Assembly: GCA_003567955.1 (NCBI GenBank)
Contig: PWYF01000231.1
Coordinates: 1 to 42,512 of the forward strand
Direction of reading: 5' to 3'
DNA: 42,512 nt
DNA from: Thiotrichales bacterium
GTDB taxonomy: Bacteria; Pseudomonadota; Gammaproteobacteria; UBA5335; SLRW01
Below are positions 7,269-16,437 of this stretch, in pieces (within the stretch, counting starts at the first letter, position 1; each line of letters begins with the position of its first letter). The translations under genes and the position numbers were made by a program. The notes below the pieces were generated by a model that saw only the letters and a program-made list of their open reading frames with translations, had not been told where the DNA came from and made no database searches.

Positions 7269-8849
7269 TTGACCAGACCGCATAACAACCCTTCTGCTTT
7301 CGTTGCACCTCTGGCGGACGGCCCCGTGCTGTTTGATGGCAGTGCGCTCAGCGCTGCGCAAATTGCAGCCATCGCCCGCGGCGAGCGCGGCAGCGCCCTG
7401 TCCGACAATCCGGAGTTCGTCCGGCGCATTGACCGGGGGGCCGAATTTCTTGATCGCCTGTGGCAGGAAGAAGGCGTCATTTACGGTGTGACCACCGGTT
7501 ATGGCGATTCGTGCAGCGTCAATATCCCGCCGCATCTGGTCGAGGAATTACCCCGCCACCTCTACACGTTCCACGGCTGCGGCATGGGCGAGATATTCTC
7601 ACCGGTACAGACCCGCGCCATTCTCGCCGCCCGTCTCGCCAGCCTGGCCCGGGGTTATTCCGGGGTGCGTTATCTGTTGCTGCAACAATTGCACCGTCTG
7701 CTGGCCGAGGACATCCTGCCTGTCATCCCCCAGGAAGGTTCGGTCGGCGCCAGCGGGGATTTGACCCCGTTGTCCTATGTCGCAGCGGTACTGGCAGGGG
7801 AACGCGAGGTGCTCTACCAGGGCGAGCGCCAGCCCACCGCCGAGGTATTCAGACAGCTTGGCATCGAACCCCTGGTGCTTCGGCCCAAGGAAGCACTGGC
7901 GGTGATGAATGGCACGGCTGTGATGACCGGCCTGGCCTGCCTGGCCCTGGTCCGTGCCCGTTATCTGTGCCTGCTTTCGGCCCGCATCACCAGCCTGGCC
8001 GTCCTCGCCATACAGGGCAATGCCGGCCACTTTGAACCCCGCCTGTTCGAGGTCAAACCGCATCCGGGGCAGGGGCGTATCGCGCGCCTCATCCACGAAG
8101 ACCTTGGTGGCAGCAGCAACGAACGACAGAGCTCACGCCTGCAGGACCGCTACTCCCTGCGTTGTGCTCCACACGTGATCGGTGTAGCCGAGGACAGCCT
8201 GCCCTGGCTGACGGAGATGGTGGAAACCGAACTCAACAGCGCCAACGACAACCCCATCATCGACCCCGAACAGGAACGCGTGCTGCATGGCGGGCACTTT
8301 TACGGCGGCCATGTGTGTTTTGCCATGGATGCACTCAAGAATACCGTGGCCAATATCGCCGACTTGCTCGACCGTCAGCTCGCCCAGTTGGTAGACCCCA
8401 AATTCAACCATGGCCTGCCCGCCAATCTCACCGGGGCCACGGGAGAACGCCAATCCCTGAACCACGGCTTCAAGGCCGTACAGATCGGCACTTCGGCCTG
8501 GGCCGCCGAAGCCCTCAAGCTGACCATGCCGGCCAGCGTGTTCTCACGCTCCACCGAATGCCATAACCAGGACAAGGTGAGCATGGGCACCATTGCCGCC
8601 CGTGACTGTCTGCGGGTGCAGACCCTTACCGAACAGGTGGCTGCGGCCACTCTGATGGCGGCCTGCCAGGGCTTGCGTCTGCGCCAGCGAGAAGGGCTTG
8701 ATACGGCGACACTGACCCCGGGCGTCAAACACACCCTGGCGGAAATCGACGCGCTTTTCCCGCTGCTGGAGGAAGACCGCCCGCTGGAGGCCACCCTGCG
8801 TGAAGTCTGCCAGCAGATTCGCAACCGGGGGTTCGAGCTGGATGAGTGA
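7269..8849 (+). CDS. MIO-dependent aromatic amino acid ammonia-lyase (HAL/TAL/PAL family; tyrosine ammonia-lyase suspected from context)
   Basis: GSVGASGDLTPLSY contains the Ala-Ser-Gly MIO triad. TTGYGDS is near the N-terminus. The protein is 526 aa, with a TTG start and ggaga upstream. Confidence 0.85.
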   Translation: MTRPHNNPSAFVAPLADGPVLFDGSALSAAQIAAIARGERGSALSDNPEFVRRIDRGAEFLDRLWQEEGVIYGVTTGYGDSCSVNIPPHLVEELPRHLYTFHGCGMGEIFSPVQTRAILAARLASLARGYSGVRYLLLQQLHRLLAEDILPVIPQEGSVGASGDLTPLSYVAAVLAGEREVLYQGERQPTAEVFRQLGIEPLVLRPKEALAVMNGTAVMTGLACLALVRARYLCLLSARITSLAVLAIQGNAGHFEPRLFEVKPHPGQGRIARLIHEDLGGSSNERQSSRLQDRYSLRCAPHVIGVAEDSLPWLTEMVETELNSANDNPIIDPEQERVLHGGHFYGGHVCFAMDALKNTVANIADLLDRQLAQLVDPKFNHGLPANLTGATGERQSLNHGFKAVQIGTSAWAAEALKLTMPASVFSRSTECHNQDKVSMGTIAARDCLRVQTLTEQVAAATLMAACQGLRLRQREGLDTATLTPGVKHTLAEIDALFPLLEEDRPLEATLREVCQQIRNRGFELDE

Positions 8850-9261
8850 TCCACGCTGGCAAACCGAGATCACTATTGAAGTGCCTTTCCACGACGTGGA
8901 TATGATGGGCATCGTCTGGCATGGCAATTACGCCCGATATTTCGAGATCGCGCGCTGTGCCCTGCTGGACCAGATCGACTACAACTACCTGCAGATGAAA
9001 GATTCCGGCTACGCCTGGCCGGTGATCGACATGCAGATCCGCTATGCCCGACCCCTGACCTTCCAGCAACGCGTCAAGGTCAGAGCCTGGATCGCGGAGT
9101 ACGAAAACCGCCTCAAGATCAAGTTCGAGATTCGCGATGAGGCCACCGGCGAACGTCTGAGCAAGGGCCACACCTCGCAGGTGGCGGTCAGCATGCCCGA
9201 TGGCGAGATGTGCTTTGCCTCGCCGGATATCCTGCTGCAGAAACTGGGAGTCGACAGATGA
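8842..9261 (+). CDS. 4HBT/YbgC-type hotdog acyl thioesterase
   Basis: VPFHDVDMMGIVWHGNYARYFE motif. I prefer the ATG at 8842, which overlaps the lyase stop (ATGAGTGA), over the ORF-track start at 8800. Confidence 0.8.
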   Translation: MSDPRWQTEITIEVPFHDVDMMGIVWHGNYARYFEIARCALLDQIDYNYLQMKDSGYAWPVIDMQIRYARPLTFQQRVKVRAWIAEYENRLKIKFEIRDEATGERLSKGHTSQVAVSMPDGEMCFASPDILLQKLGVDR

Positions 9262-9866
9262 TTCGGCCCGGGGCGGCGCTGATGCTTGTTGTTCTGTGGT
9301 GGCCGCTTGCAAGCCTCGCAGCCGGCGATACAGACATCCCCCTGCCTGAACTCGACGCCCATGACATCACCCGCGGTGAATTCACACAAATACGCCAGCT
9401 GCCCGAACTCACCCGACCCCTGCGTTCAAGCGGGCGCTTTGTGCACGATGTGGACCGGGGCATCCTCTGGCAGGTGGATGAACCGGCGCCTTCGACCCTG
9501 GTGATCACACCGGGCGGTCTGTACCGCAACGGCGAACGACAAAGCGGCGCCAGCCCGATGACCACCCTGCGGCCGGTCTTCCGGGCCCTGTTCAGTGGCG
9601 ACATGGCGCGGCTGCAGGACCATTTCGAGGTCACCACCAAAGCCGTGGATGTCGGCTGGGAACTTGAACTCAGCCCGCGTGACAGCAGTCTTGCCGACGC
9701 CCTGGCGACCATTACCCTCAGCGGCGATGAATATCCGCACAAGGTGGTGATTGAAGAAGGCGAGGGCGGGCGCACCGAATTGCGCTTTGCCGCCATCGAG
9801 CACCCCGAGACACTGGACGAGCAGACACAACAGGTTTTCGAGCGTGTCGGCAAGGCTGCGCCGTAG
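9258..9866 (+). CDS. LolA-like outer-membrane lipoprotein carrier family protein
   Basis: Signal peptide MIRPGAALMLVVLWWPLASLAAG. ATGA overlap with the thioesterase stop and gggag upstream. The position matches the LolA-like gene of APE loci. Confidence 0.65.
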   Translation: MIRPGAALMLVVLWWPLASLAAGDTDIPLPELDAHDITRGEFTQIRQLPELTRPLRSSGRFVHDVDRGILWQVDEPAPSTLVITPGGLYRNGERQSGASPMTTLRPVFRALFSGDMARLQDHFEVTTKAVDVGWELELSPRDSSLADALATITLSGDEYPHKVVIEEGEGGRTELRFAAIEHPETLDEQTQQVFERVGKAAP

Positions 9867-12177
9867 CCTCTGGCCGGGGCTGATGGCCCTGGCCGGCGTC
9901 GTGCTGCTCATGCAGCTTGGCAGCGGCGCCCGGCTGCAAACCGACCTGCATGCCTTGCTGCCGGACGGCCCGGGTGACCCCGGCGTGGTCGCGGCCCGCC
10001 AACAACTGACTGAACCCTTTGCCCGCGCCACCCTGTGGCTGACCGGCGCCCGCAGCCCGGGCGAGGCCGCCAGCGCCGCCCATGAACTGGCGACAAGACT
10101 GGATGACAGCGGTCTGTTCAGTGAAATCCACACCGAAATTGACAGCACCCCCATGCGCGAAGCCTGGCGGGAGCTGCTGGCGTGGCAGCAGGTATTGCTG
10201 GCCCCCGCGGATGCCCGGGCCCTGCGGGATGATCCCGAGACCTTTGTGCAGCACCGGCTGACCGAACAATACGGCCTGGCAGGCGAAACCGGAATCGTGC
10301 GGCTGGCCGAAGACCCGCTGGGTCTGTTCCGGCGTTACCTGTCGCCCATGCTGGAAAGTCCGGGCGCCGCCGTGGTCGATGGCATGATGATTGTGGACGC
10401 CTCGGCCGAACGGGACGAGGAATACTACTTTGCCGTATTGCATGCCAGCGTGGCCGAAGCCGCCTTCGCTGTCAGCATGGACCCCCCCTTGCTGGCGCTG
10501 TGGCAGGAGGCCATTGAATGGGCGGCGCAGGAAAATATCACCCTGCATGTCACCGGCGCACCGGTTTTTACCGCCTGGGGTTCCGCCAGCGCCAGTCGCG
10601 AAATCACCCTGATCGGCGGGGTTTCCCTGCTCGCCATTGTGGCGCTGCTGCTGTGGCGTTTTCGCTCGCCGCGGCCATTGTTGCTGACCCTCACGGTGAT
10701 TGGCGCCGGGCTGCTCGGCGGCCTCGCAACCAGTCTGCTGGTTTTCGGTCAACTGCACCTGATCACTCTGGTCTTTGGCGCCACTGTCATCGGCGTCTCG
10801 GTGGATTACGCCTTTCATTACCTGTGTGACAGCCTGCGCCCGGACTGGACCCCGCAGCAGGGCCTCCGGCATGTCCTGCCGGGGCTGCGCCTGGCGCTGG
10901 TGACCAGCGTACTGGCTTTTCTGTCGCTGGCCATCGCCCCATTCCCGGCCCTGCGGCAGGTGGCCGTATTTACCGCCAGCGGCCTGATCTTCAGCTGGCT
11001 GACCGTAGTCTGGCTGCTGCCCCTGCTGACCCGCCCGGCCCGCGCCGCCGCACCCCGGATGCGGCTGCCCGTGCGGCGTATCCGCTGGGTCTGGATCTGC
11101 CTGGCACTAATGGCCGCATGCCTGCCCGGGCTGTTCATGCTGGAAGCGCGTGATGATATTCACCTGCTTTATGCCGCCCCTGAAAGACTGCTGGCGGACG
11201 ACCGCCTGATCGGTGACCTGCTGCAGCGCACCGAAGGCAGTTATTTCATCCTCGTCAGCGCGGCCGACGAAGAAACCCTGCTGCAACGCCAGGAGGCCCT
11301 TTTGCCCGGGCTTGAGGCCCTGCGCGAGGAGCAACATCTACAAGCTTATCGGGCGCCGGTGCAGGTGATTCCTTCACGCCGGCAGCAAACGGAAAACGCC
11401 GCGCTGACCAGCCAACTGGTCAGCAGCGGCCTTCTGACAAGTTATATGGCACAGTTGGGGCTGGGCGAGGACCACGCCCGGACCCATGAAGCCCGGATGA
11501 GCGCCCCGCCGCAGTGGTTGCCTGTCGAAACCGCACTGCGTCATGTTGACCCGCGCTATCGTCAGCTCTGGCTGGGCTGTGATGACGAGGCCTGTCGCGC
11601 CCTGGTCACGGTGCAGGGGCTGGGAGATGATGCTGAACCGGCGCTGGAAGCACTGGCTGCGGAACATCCCGGCGTGCAATGGGTCAATTATGTCGGGGAT
11701 ATCAGCCAGGGCATGCGCGAACATCGACGCCTGAGCCTGGTGCTGCTGGCGCTGGCGCTGGTGGTGGCCACCGCAGTCCTGGCGCTGTTGCTGGGCTTGC
11801 GCCAGGCGCTGAGAGTCATCAGTGTCCCGGTCATGGCCATCATGGTGAGTCTGGCCATCGTCGGCTACAGTGGCGCGCTGTTCAGTGTGTTCAACCTGAT
11901 GGCCCTGCTGCTGATTGCCGGTGTAGGCATTGACTACGCCCTGTTTTACCATTGCGCCGACCGTGACGGCCGACGCAGTGCCGGGCTGGCGATCACGATG
12001 GCGGCGACCACCACGGTCCTCGCCTTCGGGCTGCTGGCCTTTTCCAACACCCCGGTAATCAGCGCCTTTGGTATCACGCTGGTGCCGGGACTCGTGGCCG
12101 CCTGGCTGCTGGCGCTGCTGGCCCGGCCACCCGAAGCTTCTGGCACAGGAGAAATACCGGATGAGCCATCCGTATGA
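9844..12177 (+). CDS. MMPL/RND-superfamily exporter (COG4258-like)
   Basis: About 780 aa with two blocks of multiple TM helices separated by soluble loops. The start is uncertain: GTG at 9844 or ATG at 9883. The ORF-track start at 9751 would lie deep inside the LolA-like gene. Confidence 0.75.
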   Translation: MSARLRRSLWPGLMALAGVVLLMQLGSGARLQTDLHALLPDGPGDPGVVAARQQLTEPFARATLWLTGARSPGEAASAAHELATRLDDSGLFSEIHTEIDSTPMREAWRELLAWQQVLLAPADARALRDDPETFVQHRLTEQYGLAGETGIVRLAEDPLGLFRRYLSPMLESPGAAVVDGMMIVDASAERDEEYYFAVLHASVAEAAFAVSMDPPLLALWQEAIEWAAQENITLHVTGAPVFTAWGSASASREITLIGGVSLLAIVALLLWRFRSPRPLLLTLTVIGAGLLGGLATSLLVFGQLHLITLVFGATVIGVSVDYAFHYLCDSLRPDWTPQQGLRHVLPGLRLALVTSVLAFLSLAIAPFPALRQVAVFTASGLIFSWLTVVWLLPLLTRPARAAAPRMRLPVRRIRWVWICLALMAACLPGLFMLEARDDIHLLYAAPERLLADDRLIGDLLQRTEGSYFILVSAADEETLLQRQEALLPGLEALREEQHLQAYRAPVQVIPSRRQQTENAALTSQLVSSGLLTSYMAQLGLGEDHARTHEARMSAPPQWLPVETALRHVDPRYRQLWLGCDDEACRALVTVQGLGDDAEPALEALAAEHPGVQWVNYVGDISQGMREHRRLSLVLLALALVVATAVLALLLGLRQALRVISVPVMAIMVSLAIVGYSGALFSVFNLMALLLIAGVGIDYALFYHCADRDGRRSAGLAITMAATTTVLAFGLLAFSNTPVISAFGITLVPGLVAAWLLALLARPPEASGTGEIPDEPSV

Positions 12178-13411
12178 CGCAGTCATTATTGGCGCCGGAC
12201 CTTCCGGGTCTATCGCCGCCGCCCTGCTGGTCAAGCGCGGCTACAAGCCCCTGGTGCTGGAACGCGCCGTTTTCCCCCGCTTCTCCATCGGCGAAAGCCT
12301 GCTGCCCCAGTGCATGGCCTTTATCGAGGAGGCCGGAATGATGGAGGCCCTGCAGGCAAACGCCGACCGGCTTGGCTTTCAGTTCAAAAACGGCGCCGCC
12401 TTTGACCGTGGCGAGCAACACGACTTTTTCAATTTCGAGGAAAAATTCACGCCCGGCTGGGGCACCACCTTCCAGGTGCGGCGGGCCGAGTTCGACAAGC
12501 TGCTTGCTGATGAAGCAGAAAAGGCCGGCGCGGAAATCCGCTATCAGCAGGAAATTACCGACGTCAATATCGACGGAGAACTGCCCGAGCTGACCGTGCA
12601 TGACCATGCCGAAGAACGCGAATACAAGGTCAGCGGGCAATTTTTGCTTGATGCCAGTGGCTTTGCCCGCGTGCTGCCGCGCATGCTGGGGCTGGAGGCG
12701 CCATCAAACTTCCCCGTTCGCCAGGCGATTTTCACGCATGTCGAGGACCATATCAGCAGCGCCGATTTCGACCGCAACAAGATACTGATAACCGTGCATC
12801 CAGAGCACGTGGACTGCTGGTACTGGCTGATCCCCTTCAGTGACGGACGCTGTTCGCTGGGTGTGGTGGCCGAGGCGGACTTTCTTGCCCGGGTGCCCGG
12901 CGATGAACCGGGCGACAAGCTGCGCCAACTGGTCAGTGAAGCGCCGGATCTCAAGCGTCACCTGGCCAACGCGGTTTTTGACACGCCTTTCAACCACATC
13001 ACCGGCTACAGCGCCAACGTCAAATCACTGACCGGGCGCAACTACGCCCTGCTCGGCAATGCCGGCGAATTCCTTGACCCGGTCTTTTCTTCCGGCGTCA
13101 CCATTGCCATGAAGTCCGCCAGCCTGGCCGCCGAGACCCTGGACCGGCAGCTGCGCGGCGAAAGCGTGGACTGGCAGCAGGATTTCGCCGAACCGCTCTC
13201 GCATGGCGTGCAGACTTTCCGCACCTATGTCAGTGCCTGGTATGACGGCAGCTTTCAGGATGTGATCTTCCATCCGGAGAAGCCCGAAGAGATCAAGGCC
13301 ATGATCTGTTCCATTCTCGCCGGCTATGCCTGGGATGAGAACAACCCCTACGTGCGTGACCACCAGCGTCGACTTAATGTGCTGGCCCGGGTATGTCAGC
13401 CCGATCGCTGA
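12161..13411 (+). CDS. FAD-dependent halogenase-like oxidoreductase
   Basis: The N-terminus YDAVIIGAGPSGS is a GxGxxG FAD fold. FPRFSIGESLLP is present. CWYWLIPF matches the WxWxIP motif of flavin-dependent halogenases. The ATG at 12161 is preceded by aggag. Confidence 0.65.
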   Translation: MSHPYDAVIIGAGPSGSIAAALLVKRGYKPLVLERAVFPRFSIGESLLPQCMAFIEEAGMMEALQANADRLGFQFKNGAAFDRGEQHDFFNFEEKFTPGWGTTFQVRRAEFDKLLADEAEKAGAEIRYQQEITDVNIDGELPELTVHDHAEEREYKVSGQFLLDASGFARVLPRMLGLEAPSNFPVRQAIFTHVEDHISSADFDRNKILITVHPEHVDCWYWLIPFSDGRCSLGVVAEADFLARVPGDEPGDKLRQLVSEAPDLKRHLANAVFDTPFNHITGYSANVKSLTGRNYALLGNAGEFLDPVFSSGVTIAMKSASLAAETLDRQLRGESVDWQQDFAEPLSHGVQTFRTYVSAWYDGSFQDVIFHPEKPEEIKAMICSILAGYAWDENNPYVRDHQRRLNVLARVCQPDR

Positions 13412-13977
13412 TCAGCATGGTCACGGTGGCTCTGCTGGCGGCCGCCTGCACCAGCCCGGTTGAACGTCAGCTTGCTGAAAGCACGCGCGCGCTGGCCCCG
13501 GCCGCCGCGGGCGGGGAACGCATCTTTGAACAACTGATTACCATCAGTCACGAAGCGCACAGCCAGCGCTTTATCGCCGCCGGCGAGATTTGTGACGGCG
13601 CCATGACGCTGGCACTGCTGAGTCCCGAAGGCCTCGAGGTTCTGCGTCTGCGCCATGATGCCGCAGGGGTGCATACGCGGGTACGCCGGGAATTACCGGA
13701 ATGGCTGGATAGCGAAGCAATTCTTGCCGATATGCAATTGGTATTGTGGCCGGCTGAAGCCCTGGAACAGGCCTGGGGGCCGTCATGGTCATTGCGCGAA
13801 GATGCGGGGGGCAGAACGCTGCTGCGTGACGGCCAGGCGTGGTCACGCGCTGACTTTGACAGCGACCCATGGCAAAGTGGCGCCCGGCTGGAACACCTCC
13901 GCTTTGGCTACCGGCTGGAGATTCGTACACTGCATCATGACATTGTGGACACCGACAGCGAACAGCCATGCCGGTAA
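13393..13977 (+). CDS. lipoprotein (DUF3261-like, APE-cluster associated)
   Basis: Lipobox VALLAAAC at the N-terminus. 194 aa. Conserved position after the exporter in APE loci. Confidence 0.65.
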   Translation: MSARSLISMVTVALLAAACTSPVERQLAESTRALAPAAAGGERIFEQLITISHEAHSQRFIAAGEICDGAMTLALLSPEGLEVLRLRHDAAGVHTRVRRELPEWLDSEAILADMQLVLWPAEALEQAWGPSWSLREDAGGRTLLRDGQAWSRADFDSDPWQSGARLEHLRFGYRLEIRTLHHDIVDTDSEQPCR

Positions 13978-13989
13978 AATACGCCAGAG

Positions 13990-14454
13990 ATGAATACCCG
14001 AGACAAATACAAGCCGGCTGAACTGTTGCCTCATTCCGGGGCCATGATGTTGCTGGACCGCATTATTGAGGTCGGCGACGAGCATTTGCGAGCGGCTGCG
14101 TGCGTGCGAGCACAATGCCCGCTGAGTCGCCCCGGCGACACCGGTCTGCCAGCCTTCGCCGGGCTCGAATTCATGGCCCAGGCCGCCGCCGCCTGGGCCG
14201 GCTATCGGGAGCTGGCCGCCGGTCGGAGTGTGCGCCCCGGCCTGCTGCTGGGGACCCGGCGTTTTGACAGTTCGCAGCCATGGCTCAGCGAGGGGCTGGC
14301 GCTGGACATTCATATTGAACGCATGCTGGAGGACGAATCCGGCATTGGCGCCTTTGACTGCCGAATTGAAGCGCCGGGGCTGCGCCAGCAGGCGCGGATC
14401 AAGGCCGTCATGCCGCGCAGCATGGAAGAATTCATGCAACTGGGGGGGTACTAG
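13990..14454 (+). CDS. FabA/FabZ-like hotdog dehydratase (ApeP-type)
   Basis: N-terminal LLPHSGAMMLLDRIIEV motif typical of APE-cluster dehydratases. 154 aa. Confidence 0.7.
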   Translation: MNTRDKYKPAELLPHSGAMMLLDRIIEVGDEHLRAAACVRAQCPLSRPGDTGLPAFAGLEFMAQAAAAWAGYRELAAGRSVRPGLLLGTRRFDSSQPWLSEGLALDIHIERMLEDESGIGAFDCRIEAPGLRQQARIKAVMPRSMEEFMQLGGY

Positions 14455-15179
14455 TGGAGAGCATACTGATTACAGGATCCAGCCGTGGTATCGGCCGGGC
14501 CATTGCCCTGCGCCTGGCGCGAGACGGGTTCCAGGTCGTGCTGCACTGTCGCAGCCAGCGCCAGCAGGCCGAAGCGGTTGCCGAAGAAATCACAGCCGCC
14601 GGGGGCGCCGCGCCGCGCATTCTCCAGTTTGATGTCGCCGAACGCGACGCTGCCCGCGAGGCCCTTGAGGCAGACACCGGCGAACACGGCGCCTATTACG
14701 GGGTGGTATGCAATGCCGGCGTGACCCGCGACGGTGCCTTCCCGGCGCTCACCGGCGAGGACTGGGACAGCGTGATCCATACCAATCTGGATGGTTTCTA
14801 CAATGTCCTGCAGCCGCTGATCATGCCCATGGTCCGCCGCCGCCAGCCGGGCCGCATTGTCACCATGGCGTCGGCGTCCGGCATCATGGGCAACCGCGGC
14901 CAGGTCAACTATTCCGCCTCCAAGGCTGGTATCATCGGCGCCACCAAGGCGCTGGCGCTGGAACTGGCCAAGCGGCGCATTACAGTCAATTGTGTAGCCC
15001 CGGGCCTGATTGAAACCGACATGACCGAAGAACTGCCGCTGGAACAGATGCTGCCCATGATCCCGGCGCAGCGCGCCGGTACGGCCGATGAAGTCGCCGG
15101 GGCTGTGAGCTTTCTCATGAGTGAAGATGCCGCCTATATTACCCGTCAGGTGATCTCGGTAAACGGGGGCTTGTGCTGA
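14454..15179 (+). CDS. 3-oxoacyl-ACP reductase (SDR, FabG-like)
   Basis: TGSSRGIGRAIA cofactor motif and YSASKAG catalytic motif. The GTG start shares 1 nt with the upstream stop. Confidence 0.9.
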   Translation: MESILITGSSRGIGRAIALRLARDGFQVVLHCRSQRQQAEAVAEEITAAGGAAPRILQFDVAERDAAREALEADTGEHGAYYGVVCNAGVTRDGAFPALTGEDWDSVIHTNLDGFYNVLQPLIMPMVRRRQPGRIVTMASASGIMGNRGQVNYSASKAGIIGATKALALELAKRRITVNCVAPGLIETDMTEELPLEQMLPMIPAQRAGTADEVAGAVSFLMSEDAAYITRQVISVNGGLC

Positions 15180-16408
15180 TGCGGCGCGTGGTAGTCACCG
15201 GCATGGCAGGGGTGTCATCCGTGGGCCAGGACTGGACCACGGTACGGGAGAACCTGCGCGCGGGTCGCAGCGGTATTCGCTACATGGATGAGTGGGACAT
15301 CTACGAGGGCCTGCTGACCCGGCTTGGCGGCCCGGTGGATGCATTTGAACGGCCTGAGCATTACCGTCGCAAGGCCACCCGCAGCATGGGCCGGGTGGCG
15401 CTGATGGCCACCCGCGCCACCGAGCTGGCGCTGGCCGATGCGGGGCTGCTGGAAGAAAAAGAGATCCTTGGCAGCGGCCGGGCCGGCGTGGCCTATGGCT
15501 CTTCCACCGGCAGCACCGACGCGCTGACTGATTTTGCGGGCCTGCTGATCAACCGCTCGACCAGCGGCATTACTGCCACCACGTATATCCGCATGATGTC
15601 GCACACGGCGCCAGTCAACGTGGGCGTGTTCTTCGGCCTCAAGGGCCGCATCTATACCACCTCCAGCGCCTGCACCTCGGGCAGTCAGGGCATCGGCTAT
15701 GCCTATGAAGCGATTCGCAGCGGCGCCCAGGACATCATGATCGGTGGTGGCGGGGAAGAACTCTGCCCCACCGAAGCCGCTGTATTTGACGCCCTGTTTG
15801 CCACCTCCACCCGCAATGACGCAGCCCACACCACACCGCGACCCTATGACCGCGACCGTGACGGGCTGGTGATTGGCGAAGGCGCCGGCAGCCTGGTGCT
15901 GGAAGAACTGGAGCACGCCCGGGCGCGAGGCGCGCATATCCATGCCGAGGTGGTGGGTTTTGGCACCAATTCCGACGGCCGCCACGTCACCCAGCCCGAA
16001 GCCACCACCATGCAGATTGCGCTGGAGCTGGCGCTGGCCGACGCCGAGCTCGATCCGTCAGCGATCGGCTATGTCAGCGGCCATGGCACAGCCACCGATC
16101 GCGGGGATGTCGCCGAGAGCATTGCCACCCGGGAAACCTTCGGGCGGGCCGTACCCATCAGTGCCTTCAAGAGCTATACCGGCCATACCCTGGGCGCCTG
16201 CGGTGCACTGGAAGCCTGGGTGGCTATTCACAGCATGAACGAGGGCTGGTTTCACCCCACGATCAATCTTGAAAATCTTGACCCGAACTGCGCCGAGCTC
16301 GACTACATCACCGGCGAGGGCCGTGAACTCGACTGCGAATACATCATGAGTAACAACTTTGCCTTCGGCGGCATCAATACCTCGCTGATCTTCCGCCGCT
16401 GGCAATAA
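15179..16408 (+). CDS. beta-ketoacyl-ACP synthase (FabB/F-like KS)
   Basis: Active-site TSSACTSGSQ, GHGTATDRGD and YTGHTLGACGALE (Cys-His-His). The ATG at 15179 overlaps the fabG-like stop by 1 nt. Confidence 0.9.
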   Translation: MRRVVVTGMAGVSSVGQDWTTVRENLRAGRSGIRYMDEWDIYEGLLTRLGGPVDAFERPEHYRRKATRSMGRVALMATRATELALADAGLLEEKEILGSGRAGVAYGSSTGSTDALTDFAGLLINRSTSGITATTYIRMMSHTAPVNVGVFFGLKGRIYTTSSACTSGSQGIGYAYEAIRSGAQDIMIGGGGEELCPTEAAVFDALFATSTRNDAAHTTPRPYDRDRDGLVIGEGAGSLVLEELEHARARGAHIHAEVVGFGTNSDGRHVTQPEATTMQIALELALADAELDPSAIGYVSGHGTATDRGDVAESIATRETFGRAVPISAFKSYTGHTLGACGALEAWVAIHSMNEGWFHPTINLENLDPNCAELDYITGEGRELDCEYIMSNNFAFGGINTSLIFRRWQ

Positions 16409-16437
16409 CCCACACCGACCGGAGCGGGCCATCTGGC

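Noticed and set aside
9718-12234. Minus-strand ORFs of 384 aa (9718-10872) and 286 aa (11374-12234)
   Set aside because: They are antisense to the MMPL exporter gene. Composition is biased (Gly/Gln/Arg/His rich) with no motifs.
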